DNA from: the human T2T-CHM13v2.0 reference genome, Homo sapiens
Strand: one strand, 5' to 3'
Length of the DNA: 64,000 bases
Assembly: GCF_009914755.1 (NCBI RefSeq)
Contig: NC_060927.1
Shown here: positions 25,201-40,773 of the stretch, in pieces
Numbering within the stretch: position 1 is the first letter of the stretch
Layout of the letters: each line of letters begins with the position of its first letter
Notes under the pieces: model-generated
Databases searched by the model: none
What the model saw: only the letters and a program-made list of their open reading frames with translations
Told to the model about the DNA's origin: nothing
Made by a program: the position numbers and the translations under genes

Positions 25201-28200
25201 TTTTAGTAATTCTTAAGCCACCTGTCTTTGATTCTCAAAGCATCTGCTGCAAGAGTATGAAGAAACTTTAACTTTCTGCCTTCACTAATTGAATTTTTTT
25301 AATTTAAATTTCAAGTTCTTTAAGAAGACTGATAAAAAAAATAGCCAAGCATATCTGTCTGTGAAGGGAACACACAGTACATTTTCATCAGTTCATAATC
25401 CATTTATGTATCCTTCTCTCTGTTCATCTTCCATCTACTTGTCTATACCCTATAATATATATACAGGTGTCTTTCCAAACATGCATCCATCAAACACCTA
25501 TGTGAAGCAGATACAGAGAGAAGCCTAAAAGACTATTTTGAATAAAGCAGAAACAGTTATGTTATTAGAGGCAAAATGTGAAGGTAATTAAATAAAAGTC
25601 AAATTTAAATGACCTTTAGTTGATTCTCAATACTGATTATTGCAAATCTTAAATATAGATTCTCAATAGTAGTAAGGTTTTAAGGAACCCCTATGCCATT
25701 CCCCCCTATACCCACCAGTAAGGATACAGCAAGATTCTATTCTTCATCTTCAGGCCTTTGCAAGGAATGCTTATGTTAGGAAAAAGGTCTAAGTATAGCC
25801 TGAGGATGTGCATAAAAGCGAATGGTGACTTATGGAAGCAACCTTGGGGTTGTTCAATCTTAAGAAATTGTTGGTTATTGTTCATGTAGCAATCTTCATG
25901 ACTATGGTACATGATTTGCATGCCTGATTTACCTTGTCATGGAAAATGATGAATTTGCATGTTAAAATTTGCAAGCTGAGCATGACAGGAACAATCTAGA
26001 GGCCAGTGTCTACTAAACCCAGCTTCCCATGTGGCCACTGACGGTATTTATTCTTAACTCCAGACCCAACTATCATTCACCAAGTGGACCAATTCTTGTG
26101 ACAAGTGACAAGCCATAAGCTCCTACAAACAGAGTCAGGCTCTAACAAGTTTCATCCTATTTTATATAGTATTAAAATATACTATTATAGAACCATGATG
26201 AATAAGAAGGTACATCAGAGCCTAATGTAAGCTTATTAAGGAGTAGGCTTGAGGTAATCATCACACAAACTTCTTATCATAATACTTCCAATAAAATAAA
26301 TAGGGACAAAACATGGACTCTGAGAAATATGTTCTTGGAGGAGATTGTAAAGAAAGATGCATCAAATACTATTAATGTTTTCCATCTTTACACATATCTA
26401 TGTCATTTAAATTTTATGTAATGATTATATATTGCCTACAATTGGAAAATGTGATTTATATAAAAGCTACAGTTATAATGAATGTTACTGTAAGTAAATA
26501 AATGGATAGATGAGACATTCATCAATGCTATGTGTTTGTTCTAAAAGTGCAGAAAGAATGTTTATTTTCATTCTTTGGAGAAATTAACTAAAATCAAAAA
26601 TTTATTTGAAATTGACAAATCTACAGTGTGGAACTTCTGAAAATAAAATCTGAATGAAGAAGAATATTTAGCATTCTTATACTTTTGGCATTTTATTTTA
26701 GAAAGAAGCAGTGGGTATTAAATTGAGTTTTCCTGCCTAGCAACTTAATCACACCTGAATGACTGGTACAATCTTTCAATTTACACTCAACACATTGAAA
26801 AACATCCAGTCTTAACTATGGGCAGAGTAAAAATAGGCATGTAATCCTCATAGCCACCGTGCATGATAGATACTATTTTCCTCCATTTAACAGGCTCGGA
26901 GAAGCTAGAGAGATTGCACAATATCTCAGAGCTAGTTAATGGCTGAGTCTATCTAACTCCAAAGTCAATGCTTTTCTGTCACACCAAGAGAATAATAACT
27001 ACATAAAAACATAAGAACTGGAAGTTTGAAAATGAGTTGGCTTACTGATTGTCAGATACACAATGACTATAAAGCATAAACCCTTCTTTGCTTTAGTTGT
27101 ACATATGGTCTTTCTCACAAGGAATTCCTCATTAAGTATGTGGTCCAGTGCCTACCCATGCGGACTGCAGTCAGGAGATATACGTTCTATTCCTTGCTGT
27201 TGCGTCATTGTGCAGAAACAGAAAAAGTGATTTGCCCTTTTTCTACATTGGTTTCCCCATCTGAGCACCAGAGATCATATTGGCTCCTAGTTGCCTGGGA
27301 GGGGTGTTGGGAGTGCTAAAAAGTGTCTATCATGTGTAAAGCTCTCCAGATTTCTTGAATGAGAGAGGGTTATCATTGACATTGTTATGAGACACAGTAA
27401 AAGTTTAACTACCAGCTGTTTGTTTAAGCATTTTCCCTCTGCATCCATCAGGGATGATGTAAGTCTGGTGTGGGCAAAGTGTAGTTTCCAGCCCAAATTT
27501 GGCACAGAGATGCTTTAGGATGACTTCAGTCATCTTCCTCTTTACTGCTGAGGGACATCTCAAGGAGATGAAACATGTCTTTTTGTAAGGTCTTTTTCTG
27601 ATCAGTACTGCCAAGCTGCTTTGCATGATGGGATCTGTAGTTTTCACTCATCCCATTTCCCTTTTAAAGATGAAAATAAAGGTAACCTGCTCCAATTTAT
27701 ACCTATAAGAAATTGCACTCATGACCTGAGGAAGTCAGAACAACTGGTAGAATCTGCCCCCTGCAATCCATTCTTTAAAAATAGCACTAATGGCGACTGG
27801 AAGGGTGAGCCATAGATCCATCGTAATGCTGATGACATTGGCTAGCTCTGAGGCACTTCTCCTGCTATCATTTAATTACTCCATATTAACGTATAAATAC
27901 AAGGAGACACAACCGAATATGAGGTAAGTAGAGAAAGAGCTGTGCTTATTTAGTTAATAATTAATTACTAGAAATATTAAACAGTGGGACATTAACCACT
28001 TGCCCTTTTAAATGGTAATAAATAGCAGACATACGTCTAATTAAGGAGCTGTAAATACTTTGGAGGAGCTGAATTGAAGAAGAAAGATGCTTATTTACGG
28101 AGGCATGCTGAAGGAAAAAGAGAATTATTGGCACGTTTAGAGCCAGCTCTCCCACTACGTGTCTGCTCAGATTCCTAACTCTGCCTCCTCTGCCACGACA

Positions 28201-29192
28201 TTTCTCACTGAGGCTAGTGCCACAGGGAAGAGGACTCACAGGATTCCCTTAAGTGTTTTGTTTGTTTGTTTCAAGAACAGTCCTTTAGTTTACCTCAGGT
28301 GAATCTCACTTTCCCATCCTTTCTGAGTTTTCATTATGAGGATACAATTTTCAGCACATTAAGATAATTTCTGCTGTTTTTCGTAAATCTCTATATAGCA
28401 CCTCAATCACGACTCTAAGTGATAAGATTCTTGGCACTCTTCATAGACAGTTATACCGAATAGGGGGGACAGAATTTTTTTTATAAGACTCCTGATTCTT
28501 GACCTCACTAAATAGAGGCTTAAATATTGAAATGACAAGGGGAGCTCAGAAAAGGGATTTTTGAACAAAACCTCCAGTGTCATGTTATTCTAATGGACTC
28601 TGGTGAAGCTGAAGGACACTGCACAGCAGAAGGATTAACATTAGAGGAAGCTCCATCACCTGCTAGAATCCACCTCTAAAAGCAACTGCTAGTTTTAAAA
28701 ATCTTTTGTAGGATTACCTAATTAGCCATTTTTTTTTTAAACTGGGAACAAACTTCCTTTGCTTTCTTCTATTTCTAGCTTCTATTTTAAAACACCTCCT
28801 TAACTTCTTTTCTTACGAAAACTTTTCATAGCAAAATTCAGGTCACAGAAATAATACATGGTCAGACAAGTACACAATGGTTGTCCTTTGGTTCATCCAT
28901 GAAACTCTATGATGCTTCCTAGAATTCTTTTCCTAGAGATCCAACCCCATAGCCACATCAGGTCTCTCCTCTTCATTCCTTGCCCATCAAGCTCAGTAAC
29001 TCGCCAGGAGAGATGGAATTTTTCAGCTGTCCTTTCTCTGGTCTAACTTGTACCTCCAAAGCATAAGCAGAAAATGTTACATAATGGCTTTTTCACTTTT
29101 TCATAGGGTCTTCTTTTTTGCGAACGGAGGGGTCAGCCTCTCCTATAGCAGCTCTATTTCTCCAGGCCATAGGTGGCTGGCTATAATCTTAT

Positions 29193-30337
29193 TGCTGTGG
29201 TTTGAATGTTCCCTGCAAAACTTGTGTTGAAATTTAATCGTAACAGTATTAAGAGGTGGGACGCTCACCAGCACTGGCCATCAGAGAAATGCAAATTCAA
29301 ACCACAATGAGATATCATCTCACACCAGTTAGAATGGCAATCATTAAAAAGTCAGGAAACAACAGGTGCTGGAGAGGATGTGGAGAAATAAGAACACTTT
29401 TACACTGTTGGTGGGACTGTAAACTAGTTCAACCATTGTGGAAGTCAGTATGGCGATGCCTCAGGGATCTAGAACTAGAAATACCATTTGACCCAGCCAT
29501 CCCATTACTGGGTATATACCCAAAGGACTATAAATCATGCTGCTGTAAAGACACATGCACACGTATGTTTAGTGCGGCACTATCCACAATAGCAAAGACT
29601 TGGAACCAACCCAAATGTCCAACAATGATAGACTGGATTAAGAAAATGTGGCACATAGACACCATGGAATACTATGCAGCCATAAAAAATGATGAGTTCA
29701 TGTCCTTTGTAGGGACATGGATGAAATTGGAAATCATCATTCTCAGTAAACTATCACAAGGACAAAAAACCAAACACCGCATGTTCTCACTCATAGGTGG
29801 AAACTGAACAATGAGAACACACAGACACAGGAAGGGGAACATCTCACTCTGGGGACTGTTGTGGGGTGGGGGGAGGGGGGAGGGATAGCATTAGGAGATA
29901 CACCTAATGCTAAATGACGAGTTAATGGGTGCAGCACACCAGCATGGCACATGTATACATATGTAACTAACCTGCACATTGTGCACATGTACCCTAAAAC
30001 TTAAAGTATAATAATAATAAAAGAAGAAAAAAAAAAAGAGGTGGGACCTTTAAGAGGTGATTAGGTCATGAGGGCTCTGACTTCATGAATGGATTAATGC
30101 TGTTATTGCCAGAGAGGGTTAATTATTGAGGGAGTGGGATCCTGAAAAAAGGATAAGTTTGACCCCCATTTCTCTGTCTTGTATGCTTACTTCTGCCTTT
30201 TGCCATGGAACAACCACTCACCAGATGCTGGTGCCATGCTCTTGCATTTCTCAGCCTCAAGAACTGTGAGCAAAACAAACTGTTCTTATTAAATACCTGT
30301 GGTAGTCCATTATATCAAGAGAAAGCGGACTAAGGCA
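29193..30337 (+). mobile_element. MST-type (MaLR) solo LTR interrupted by an L1
   Basis: TGCTGTGGTTTGAATG..GGACTAAGGCA termini; near-identical 5-bp TSD cttat/gttat. Confidence 0.85.
29263..30035 (+). mobile_element. 5'-truncated young L1PA (about L1PA3) with an open ORF2 C-terminus
   Basis: ORF 29256-29807 is the ORF2 Cys-rich C-terminus; 3' UTR and poly(A) follow; perfect TSD aagaggtgggac at 29251-29262 and 30036-30047. Confidence 0.95.
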
Positions 30338-31220
30338 GTTATATTGCTGATACCATTATTACCACTAATTCTGCTTCCCTGAAACTATTCCTCCTCAGGG
30401 ACTTCAATGGACACAGGTGGAAACTGTAATTATTCATACATGATTATTATACCCAATAGCCAGAATGAACATGGACATGTATGAAATGAACAGAAAGGCA
30501 AAGCAATAGATTAGATTGAGTTAAAAAGATCTGTTCTCTAGAAAGCATCACAGAGGATTCTCTTGGTTCTCTCTGTCTGGAACTCCTGAAAAACATTCAG
30601 TCTCACTATGCAGGTTCCCACATCAAAGGCATTATAAAAACATGCTTTACTCATGATTCTTTCTACATCTCTGATCACTCACTTGAACTCTCTTCCCCCT
30701 CTATAAGAAATGTTTTGAGAAATCAAGGACCTAGGTCAATGAAAATAGGTTTTTAATGAGAAAATAAGCCATCTACCAAGCAAGAATTAAACAAGTACTG
30801 ACAGCAAGTTCGTAGTTTAGAAGCATCTTCAGAAATCATGAATTACATTGCATTTGAGCTTGGGTCGAAGAAAGCTGTCACATCAACAGTCTAAAGAAAT
30901 ACTAATCCCCAAATTCTTTTAAAATGGGGGATTTTATTGTTTAATGTTATTATTTAACATCGTTATGGTTTGGTGACTTTCTGAACCTTTCAAAAAAATG
31001 AGATAAACCTAAACATCAAAAAGAAAATTGAGAGTCCTTTACTTCCTGAGAATAAATCTGAGATGGCAGCATCAGTATAGTATTGGAAAGAAAGCAGACA
31101 TTAACTCTTTGAAGTTAATTATTTTTTTCCATTTACCAGGCAGAAAACAATAAAGACACTAAATACTCACTAAATCACTGCTGTAGCCAGATGCTGTTCA
31201 CCATCAGCATTTGGCTACCA

Positions 31221-31365
31221 CAGTGATTCTCAAAATGTGGTTTCTTAGACCAGCCACGACTTCACCTGGGAACTTGTTAGATATATAAATTATTGGGTTC
31301 CACCTAGCAATCCATTTTTAACACATCTTCCAGGTGATTCTGATGTAAAGTTTGATAATCAATGG
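31221..31365. mobile_element. MER5A relic
   Basis: cagtgattctcaaaatgtggt..cacctgggaacttgttaga..ccaggtgattctgatg..aagtttga. Confidence 0.75.
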
Positions 31366-33039
31366 CTTATAATGATATCAGCAACCCTAAGATTATACCA
31401 TTAAAACCACAAATTTCTTGTAAAGAAAATTACAAATGACTTCAAACTAATCATGCTTTAAGCATACTTTTCATGACATTATATATATATATATATCATA
31501 TTTCTGTATTTCATTAAAATAAATCAGGTTATTCAAAAGAATAAGCTACTTGGAAATCCTGAAAACTACCTAAATGCCTAATAAAATAACATTAAAAACC
31601 AAATAACACTTTCTCATTTATTAAGGACCTATTTTATGTTAAGCACTGTCCTAGTCTTTGCAGATATTCTATATAATCCTTAAAATATTTATACAAGATG
31701 CTCAAAGGCTCTCCCCGTATGTTTGTGTGCCTTCTACTTGCTTGCCACAAGGGGTGGAAAGGTTTAATTTGACTGTTCATAGCCTAGATACTCACTTAAC
31801 CCAATGATTCAGTCACCATGAGCAAAGGTACTATACTTTAAATTGAATCAGCACCAAAGTCCTGTATTTTCTCATCCACTGGTTCCTATGCACATGCAGC
31901 AGGCGGAGAAAGGCCACTCTGCATCAAAGGGTATGGGTACAAATTATCCACAGAAAAAGTCTCAGATACCAATTGTAGTTCAGGGCTTCCTGTATACAGT
32001 AAACAAAGAGAAAAATTCAAGAGAAAGAACATCCAGTGACAGAAGCAAAAGTCTTCCTAGCATATTGGTGGTTCTGGTAAGGACAAGAAAGGACAAGAAA
32101 GTTGAAAACAGTCACCTGGTAGTCTCACAGAAAATTACAAAAAAAAAAACAAACCAAAAAAACAGGAAACTGCTTTTTGCAATCAGTCCTTTTTGTCCCT
32201 TTACCCTAATGCATGTCTCTAATAGTTAATCAATTCTAAGAAGGTGGAAAAGGAAGGAGGCAGGAAAGGCGGCTGGATGAAAATATCCAATTGAAGGAAT
32301 GGACATTATTTGTTTTAAACAGCACTTCCTGCATCTTTAAGCAGGCTGTTGTACACTGTCAGATCATTACACCAACTTTCATTTTGGGGAATTTATATTT
32401 TTGGAGGGTAAATTTTATACCTCATCTGGGGATCATTATTACTGCAAAAATGGCAGAAGTCTTCACTACAGGAGAAAAAAAGCCAGCAGACTCTTTTTCT
32501 TTCCCTAAAATACCCCCTACTCCTTCAGTAGCAGGTTTCTCAAAATTCTCTACCCTGCAGCGCAGTGGATTTCAATAACACATCCATCCTCTGTATTTTA
32601 CAGCACAATTCTTTCTGCATATCACAGTCCTACCCTGCCCAGCCGGTGTCTTCCAGTTCATTTGTTCATTCATTCATCTATTTATTTATTTATTCTTCAT
32701 CAGACATATTTTGAAAACATAGGTCTGACCTCAACAATCTTACATCTCACTGAGTTGAAGCAGACAGAGCAATCGTCCAACGTTTGGTTCTTCTCATCTC
32801 AGTGGAAATTATATTCCAGCTAAAACACATCTAACTCACACAAAAGCCTGACTAGACTCTTTAGTGTATCTTGAGGAACTGGAGGAAAATGGAGTCTGAG
32901 AGAAATCAAACTGTGTTTGTTGAACACTTTTTCTATTTGTCTCATGGAATATCAGTGAGTTCTGTGATTTCTACTCTGTGATCTGTGACTTTTTGCATCT
33001 GCACTGCCATTTAATTCCCACAGTAATTGTAAATAATAG

Positions 33040-33452
33040 TGACATAGTGACCAAGTAGTCATGATTGCCCATTTTTTACCCTCTGCTTTGTATTGACCAA
33101 ATTTTACTAAGGTTTCTCTTTCCTACAGGCCCTTCACTCTGCTTGCTCCCAAGCCTGAGCAAGCAATAAAAAAGTGGAGCATGCTCCCTTAGTTTCTCCA
33201 GGCAAGTGGCTGACCACAGCATGGTAACTCCCTATCAGACCTCATTGGCCATCTCCCCTTGCTTGTCCAGTTTTTCTTCCAAAGATTTTGCTTACCTCTG
33301 CTTGCCCCTCCTTCACACTAAAAACGAAAAAAAAAATCTGCTTAATTTGAAGATGCTTTCAGATTTGTGAGATCAGAGCATTCTCCCCATTGCAATAGTC
33401 TTTCTAACTAAAGGCTCTCCCTATCTTAGTCCAAATTTGTTTTTATTTTACA
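33040..33452 (+). mobile_element. ERV1 solo LTR (MER67/MER31-like) inserted in a MIR
   Basis: TG...CA termini with 4-bp TSD atag; 3' end cccattgcaatagtc..taaa..atttgtttttattttaca; MIR sequence resumes after it (ttttacagaggaagaaatgaggctca). Confidence 0.7.
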
Positions 33453-36400
33453 ATAGTTATTATTTTACAGAGGAAGAAATGAGGCTCACAGAGATGGCTT
33501 GAGCTCATATGACATAAAAAATGACAGAATAGTGATTCATAGACTTGTTCAAAAAAATGGTTGCCGGACAAGGTAAAGGTAAGTATTTCAGGCTTCACAA
33601 CATTGCTGAGGGAGGGCTATAGATACAAAGACCTATAGGCCTAAATGACAAATTTTGGAGGACAGAGTTAAATCTGCTATGATACAGATTCATTGGCCAC
33701 TGGGCTGAGAACAAGAAATACATTCCTTGATGCTTTTCAACATGCATAACAAAATGATCTAGAGGAGGGAGACTGTTCTCTTTGGTACAGTGGCAGGAAG
33801 AATTACCCAGATCATCTTGGTTTTCTCGTTTCATCTTGGAGAGAGCTTGGCATCCCTCAAGTTAGGTGTATAGATGATTATGGGAAACTGGCATGATGCA
33901 TTCATTTGAAACTTCCCACAGGTAAAGTATAAACTCAAAAGCACAATAAACAATAATAGTGTTTTACCCTTCATGCTGGATTGTAATGCTGCTGATATTG
34001 AATTAACATAGGCCCTTGCAGAAAATGCAAATGAAAGATTCTGGACTATATCAACAAGGCTTTGGGCATACAAGGGGTGAGAAGCTGCCAAGGGGAAGGC
34101 CAGCAGTGTAGTTAGGGATCGGGGTGAAAGAAGCTGGGCTAGTGAAAATGTACTCCATAAATTGTATACATTTTAAAATGAAATGTTTATTCCAACTCAA
34201 ACATTTTCCTTAAAGTGATGACATTCACAAAGGCTTCACTGTATATTCTTGCAATTCTAACATAGAAATAATACATAAATTCAAAGAAGCAGAGTTACAA
34301 TTCACATGGATTTTTATTTCCATAGATGAAAACTTTATTCTGCAAAACTGAGGTAGTATGGGAAATGGTTCCGGGCCATTTGCCTTCAGTCAGCATTATT
34401 GAAATAAATAGTACAACAAGCACTAATTGAGCACTTCTGTGTGCCAGCTAAGCCATACTTAATTGCTCTCTCTCCAAGACATGTGTTGCCTCTCCGTGGT
34501 GGACACCTACACATGTTTTGTACCAGAACTGGAAAAGGAGTAAGGCATTTTTACTCACAGTTGCAGTGACATGTAAATGTTAAATACAGAATCTTAAGGG
34601 AGCACCATGATTAGAGTTGGAATAAACTGAAAACCTAGATCATCAGTTTAAGATACTACATTTGGGAGGAGAATGGGTTATAGAAGCAAAATGGGGATAA
34701 AAAGAACAATGGAGTTAGAAAGTGATTGAAAGTGTCAAGCTGAGTGGTGAATATGCTGCAGTTGTCAAGGCTGGAATACAGGTGACAAACTACCTCAAAA
34801 CACCACATTCTTTCATGCTTACTTTTGGAATGCTCCTTTCCTTGCCTTTTGGTGACCACCTGACCATCCTTCAAGGCCAGGACAAACCTAATGTCTTATA
34901 TGAACCTATGAACCCTTCCCTGGTATCTTTCTGCTCCCGTACACATGGCTTATCACATTGCTGTTTTGTGATTTATCACCTCCTGGGTCCCTTGCTGAGT
35001 TAAAGGCACGTGCAGCATAAGGGCAGAGACTTCTTCTTCTTCTTTTTTTAAACCTCTTTGTGTCCTCAACATTTAGCAAGTGTCTTAATAATAACTAATA
35101 CATATTAAACAGAATAAAAGACGAGAGAAGGAAGTTAGAAGGGTAAGTGAAGAGGCAGAAAGGAAGGAAAACACAGGAGGGGTCCAAGAGAGGTGAAAGG
35201 AAGGCAGGGAGGAAAAGTGAAAGATTAAAGGAATCTCTTTTTTCTTCCCCTACTTAAATTTGGATGCAGTTTGTAATTTATTTGCTCTTTTCTTTTTAAG
35301 ATTGTATTTGTTCAAATCTCCCACATTTTTCTCCATCAAAAAATGTGCATACCTCAATACTTAAAGTTCAGGAGCAAATGGTGTGTATGTGTATCAACCA
35401 AAAATTCAGAGAAAAGACATCTTTATCCTGAGCACCATAAATTAAGCCCAAAATCTGTCCTTACTACAGTGGATTTCAAAGCAGAGGTAGCTGGGTTTTC
35501 AGTTCCTCCTCAAAAGGAAGGGATTCCATTGCACATTTAACAGGGTTGTTTCTCTGGGTCAGTCCTAGCCACGTGGAAACCCATTTGGGATGCAGCCAAG
35601 GGGCTATGCTGTCCATGCTGGAGGATGGCTAAACCAGAGTGAGAGAAGAGATTAATCAATCCAAGACAACATCTGTCAGGATATTGAGTTTGGCTCTTGT
35701 TATCAGCTGCCTGCACTTCAGGGGCTGTGTAATATTTAATTTGATTATCTCTCACCTGCAAAGAGTAGGTTTCTTCCTTTGCTTAAAAATCACTGGTACT
35801 AGCTGAAGAGGAATCGACCTGCTGGAGAAAATGCTGACAAGAAAACACAAATCAGAAATACGACAAGGGGGATGAAAAAGGGAGAGAAAGAGAGTTTGGC
35901 TTACATCTTGGCCATTTTTTAAAAAACCAGCTGGCTTGGTTTCCTATTCTTTTAATAATAGGAGTCTTTTTGTTTCACCTGTCAGTCCTGATTATAATAA
36001 ATAAATGATGACAAGAGGACAGTATAACACTTTTGTGTATCTTTGAGGCTCCATCAGTAAAAAGTATTTTGCTGTGTCTCTAAGTATCAGTGCCTAGGTC
36101 CTGTAGGTCTTATGGAGTTCCTGCTGCAGGAGTCACAGAAAAGGCCTGCACCCTTTTACACTGCAGAGAAAATGTTTACATTCTAGAGAGATAGAAGTTT
36201 GAGACTAATTACAGTGGCTTTAATAACCTAAACTCCCTTGAGTTATCAAAGATGCAATCTTAAAAAGTTGTGCCATTTTTAGAATATTTGTTTTGTAAAT
36301 ATGTGTTTATTCTGTCTCTTTCCCTCTCACTGGTATCTGGATTTTTTAGTTGGTCACTTTCCTGTATAGCCACAGTTGAGCCAATGTATTTTTATGCCAT

Positions 36401-36989
36401 TTATGTTTATTTTAAAGTACAAATCTTTCTTCCACTATACCGCAAACCTTCCCAATCCAATCTTTAGCACTGATCTCACTTGTGAAACTTACTTATCTCA
36501 GTTGGCCAGCAAAAATGGTCTATTAGATATTTCAATGTCATCTCAAACTCAGCATGTGTAAAAACCCAATTTGTCATCTTTCCCACACCAAAAATGCTCC
36601 CCTTGCTTAATTCCCTATTATTTGCAAGCTTGAAATTTCAATGACATCTTCACTCACACTTGTCACGTTAAGCCAACCAGCTACAAATTCTTGTTGATCA
36701 TTTCTTCATTATATTTCTCATGTTTTTTTTTAAATTTATTTTCAATGCCACACTTACTATTCTAGCTTATCCCTTCATGTCATGAAATACATACTACTTC
36801 AGGAAGCTTCTGGATGATCCCCTGCTGCAAGCCATTCCTCACCTTTAAACTATGCCATGGGACACAATTATATCAATGTGCATTAACAAATTACTTTCCT
36901 TTGCCCAGTAAAATTAAAATTAAATTCAGAAAGCTGAACTTGGTATTCCAGGTGGCTGAAAACTAATTCTTGTCTACATTTTCATGTAG

Positions 36990-37016
36990 ACAGATAGATA
37001 AATAGATAGATAGATA
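36990..37016. repeat. (GATA)n-type tetranucleotide repeat
   Basis: cagatagataaatagatagatagata. Confidence 0.8.
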
Positions 37017-38298
37017 TCTTAATTTTCTCTGCAACCTTCATATTTACCAGGTAAAGGGATTCACTATTTGCTAAAACCGCTTGAGCTCCCCCAGGTTTAC
37101 CCCTTCGCTCATGGTCACATTCATACTATGCTTCATCCATACCAATTCACTACTAGTCCCCTGAACTCTCCATAAACCTGTATGTATCTGTGCTTTTGCA
37201 TGTGCTATTTCCTCTCCCCAACATATCTGTTCTTATTCCTTTTAACCATCATAGGCAAACTGTTACTTGAGCATTAAAGACACCATATTGATGTCACCTT
37301 TGTAGAAGTGCTACCCTGTGTCTCCTATTCTGGGTAGGCAATTCATAAATATTCTCCCAAATCACCCTACGCTTCCTGCCACTATGGCATTATACCTGGT
37401 GATGACTGAATGGATAAATGAAACGATACTGCCTGGAGTTCCCTACTTTTCTATCCCCTACCATATCACTACACAATTAATCTCATCCTCCTTAAAGAAG
37501 TTTCATTTGCCACATATTTTCGAAGCCTTCTTTGACAATTCCAGTTAAAAGTGACATCTTTTTTTAATCCCCTGAATGTGTACTCAAGAAATCATTTACC
37601 GATTTCATTTGGAAGTTATAGAATAGATAATCCCCTGTGTTTCTAGAGGCTTGAGAATAGGTAATTGAGATTTTAAATAATACTGGTTTCAGAATTGTTT
37701 AAATTTCTTTTTTTAGAAAATGAGTGCTCTGAGGTCTAGACAGTGAGGAGCTAGAAGCCAGGAGAGGAGAAAAGTAGGGCAGAGTGGGTCAAGATTCAGC
37801 GTACAAAGATAAGGAAGATCTAAAAGACACTTATTTGGGGTAAAGCAGTAATCTTTTTTTAAAATCCAAAACAGGTATCAATAGGGACAAGGCAGACTAA
37901 TAATGGAAACCCAAGTCTGTAAATTCGCAGGGAAAAGATAAGAAACCTCAAAGCAAAATGAACCAACTTGGGCCAGAAAAGATAGGATAAGTTGCTCATT
38001 GTCCAACATAGAGATGAGATGTGTATAACTCTGAGTATTCATCTACTTGTATTAGCCATTTAAAAAAATAGAGGAAAGTATTTTAGACATACAGCCAAAC
38101 CACTAGTAATATATTTATCATAATACCTTTTACAAAAATAACTCTCACGTCAGTTTCTCTTGACTTAGAAATTCTAAGTTTTGTTCCTATAACATCTAAG
38201 TGACACTGTACCTATTCTTGTTGAATGCTAAGGCAGATATATCATTTCCTTCCTGAAAACTGAGAGCAGAAAAAGGGTTTATAGCTACCTGTGCCTAG

Positions 38299-38649
<351 letters not shown>

Positions 38650-38802
38650 TAGATAATCAAAAGACTATATCTTATACATCTTTTGAAAACTCGGCATGAA
38701 GTACTAAAAATTTCAGCATCAGATAACAAGGAATGATCTAAGGACAAACTAACATATTTCAGCTTTCATGAACCATTGTTTTCTTCTGAAACAGAGCAAT
38801 TA

Positions 38803-39117
<315 letters not shown>

Positions 39118-39516
39118 AAATATATAAATAAATTGGCAAAGATGCCAAAGCAATTATATAGAGGAAAGATAGTCTTTTCAACAAGTGGTGCTGGACTAAT
39201 TAGATCTCCACATTGAAAAAAATATAAATTTAGAACCTGCCTCATAGCATACATAGAAATTGATAAAAAATGGATCATAGACCCAAATGTAAGAGCTAAA
39301 ACTATATAATTTTAGAGAAGAAGGTAAGAATAACTCTTTGTAATTTGAGTCTAGGCAAAAAGTTCTTAGCTACAATGCCAAAAGCAGAATTATAAAAGAA
39401 ACCTTGATAAATTGAACTTCATCAAAATTCAAAACTTTTACACTTTAAAAGAAAATAAAAAGATAAGCCATATCCTGAAAGATAAAAGACTTACATGCAG
39501 AATTTATAAAGAATTA

Positions 39517-39790
<274 letters not shown>

Positions 39791-40464
39791 AAGAAGAAGA
39801 GTTCTCAAAATTCAATAATAAGGAACAAAATTCTCAATCAAAAGTGAGGCAAAATATTTGAATAACACATTACAAAAGAAGACATACGAATGGCTGATAA
39901 GTACAAGAAAAAATGCACAACATTAGGTATTAGGTAAGTAAATATTAAAACTATAATAAGACATCACTACACAGTCACTTGAATGGCTATACCCAAAAGA
40001 GAGACAACCATAAGTGTCGACAAGTATATGAAAAACCTGAAACAGTCATATATTGCTGGTGGGAACCTAAAATGGTGTAGTTATTTTGGAAAACAATATG
40101 GCAGTTTCTTAAAAAGTTAAAAGATTTACCATATAATCCAGTAATTCCAATCCTCAGTACCTATGGAAGAGAAATGAAAATATATGTTCCCTCAAAGAAT
40201 TGACCATAAATACCCAAGCAACATTCCTCATAACAGCCCCAAACTGGATGCAATCCACGTGTCCATTAACGGGTGAATGGTTAAACATAATATGGCATAT
40301 CTACACAATGGAATACTATTTAGTCATTAAAAGGGAGCAAACTATTAAGTCATGCTACAATATGCATGAATCTCAAAAACATTATGCTAAGGCAAAGAAG
40401 CCAGATGCAAAATACTTCGTAGTGTATGATTCTATTTATATGAAGTGTCCAGGAAAAGCAAATA

Positions 40465-40773
40465 CAGTTAGCCCTTCATAGCTGTGGGTTCCACACCCAC
40501 GGATTCAACCAACCTCAGACTGAAAATATTGAAAAAATGAAAAATAACAATACAACAATAAAAATAATGCAAATAAAAAGCAATATAGTATAACAATTAT
40601 TTACATAACATTTACTTTGTATCAGGTATTATAAATAATCTAGAGATGATTTAAAGTATATTGAGCATATGTGTAGGTTATATGCAAATACTACCCCATT
40701 TTATAGAAGAGACTTGATTTGGGTATCAAAGGACGTTCTGGAACCAGTCCCCCAGAACACCAAGGAACAACTG
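40465..40773. mobile_element. MER2 (TcMar-Tigger MITE)
   Basis: TA|CAGTT..AACTG|TA termini; internal ggattcaaccaacc..ataatctagagatgatttaaagtata..aggttatatgcaaatactac. Confidence 0.88.

Noticed and set aside
29256-29807. 183-aa ORF as a protein-coding gene
   Set aside because: It is the C-terminus of L1 ORF2 in a 5'-truncated, promoterless copy.
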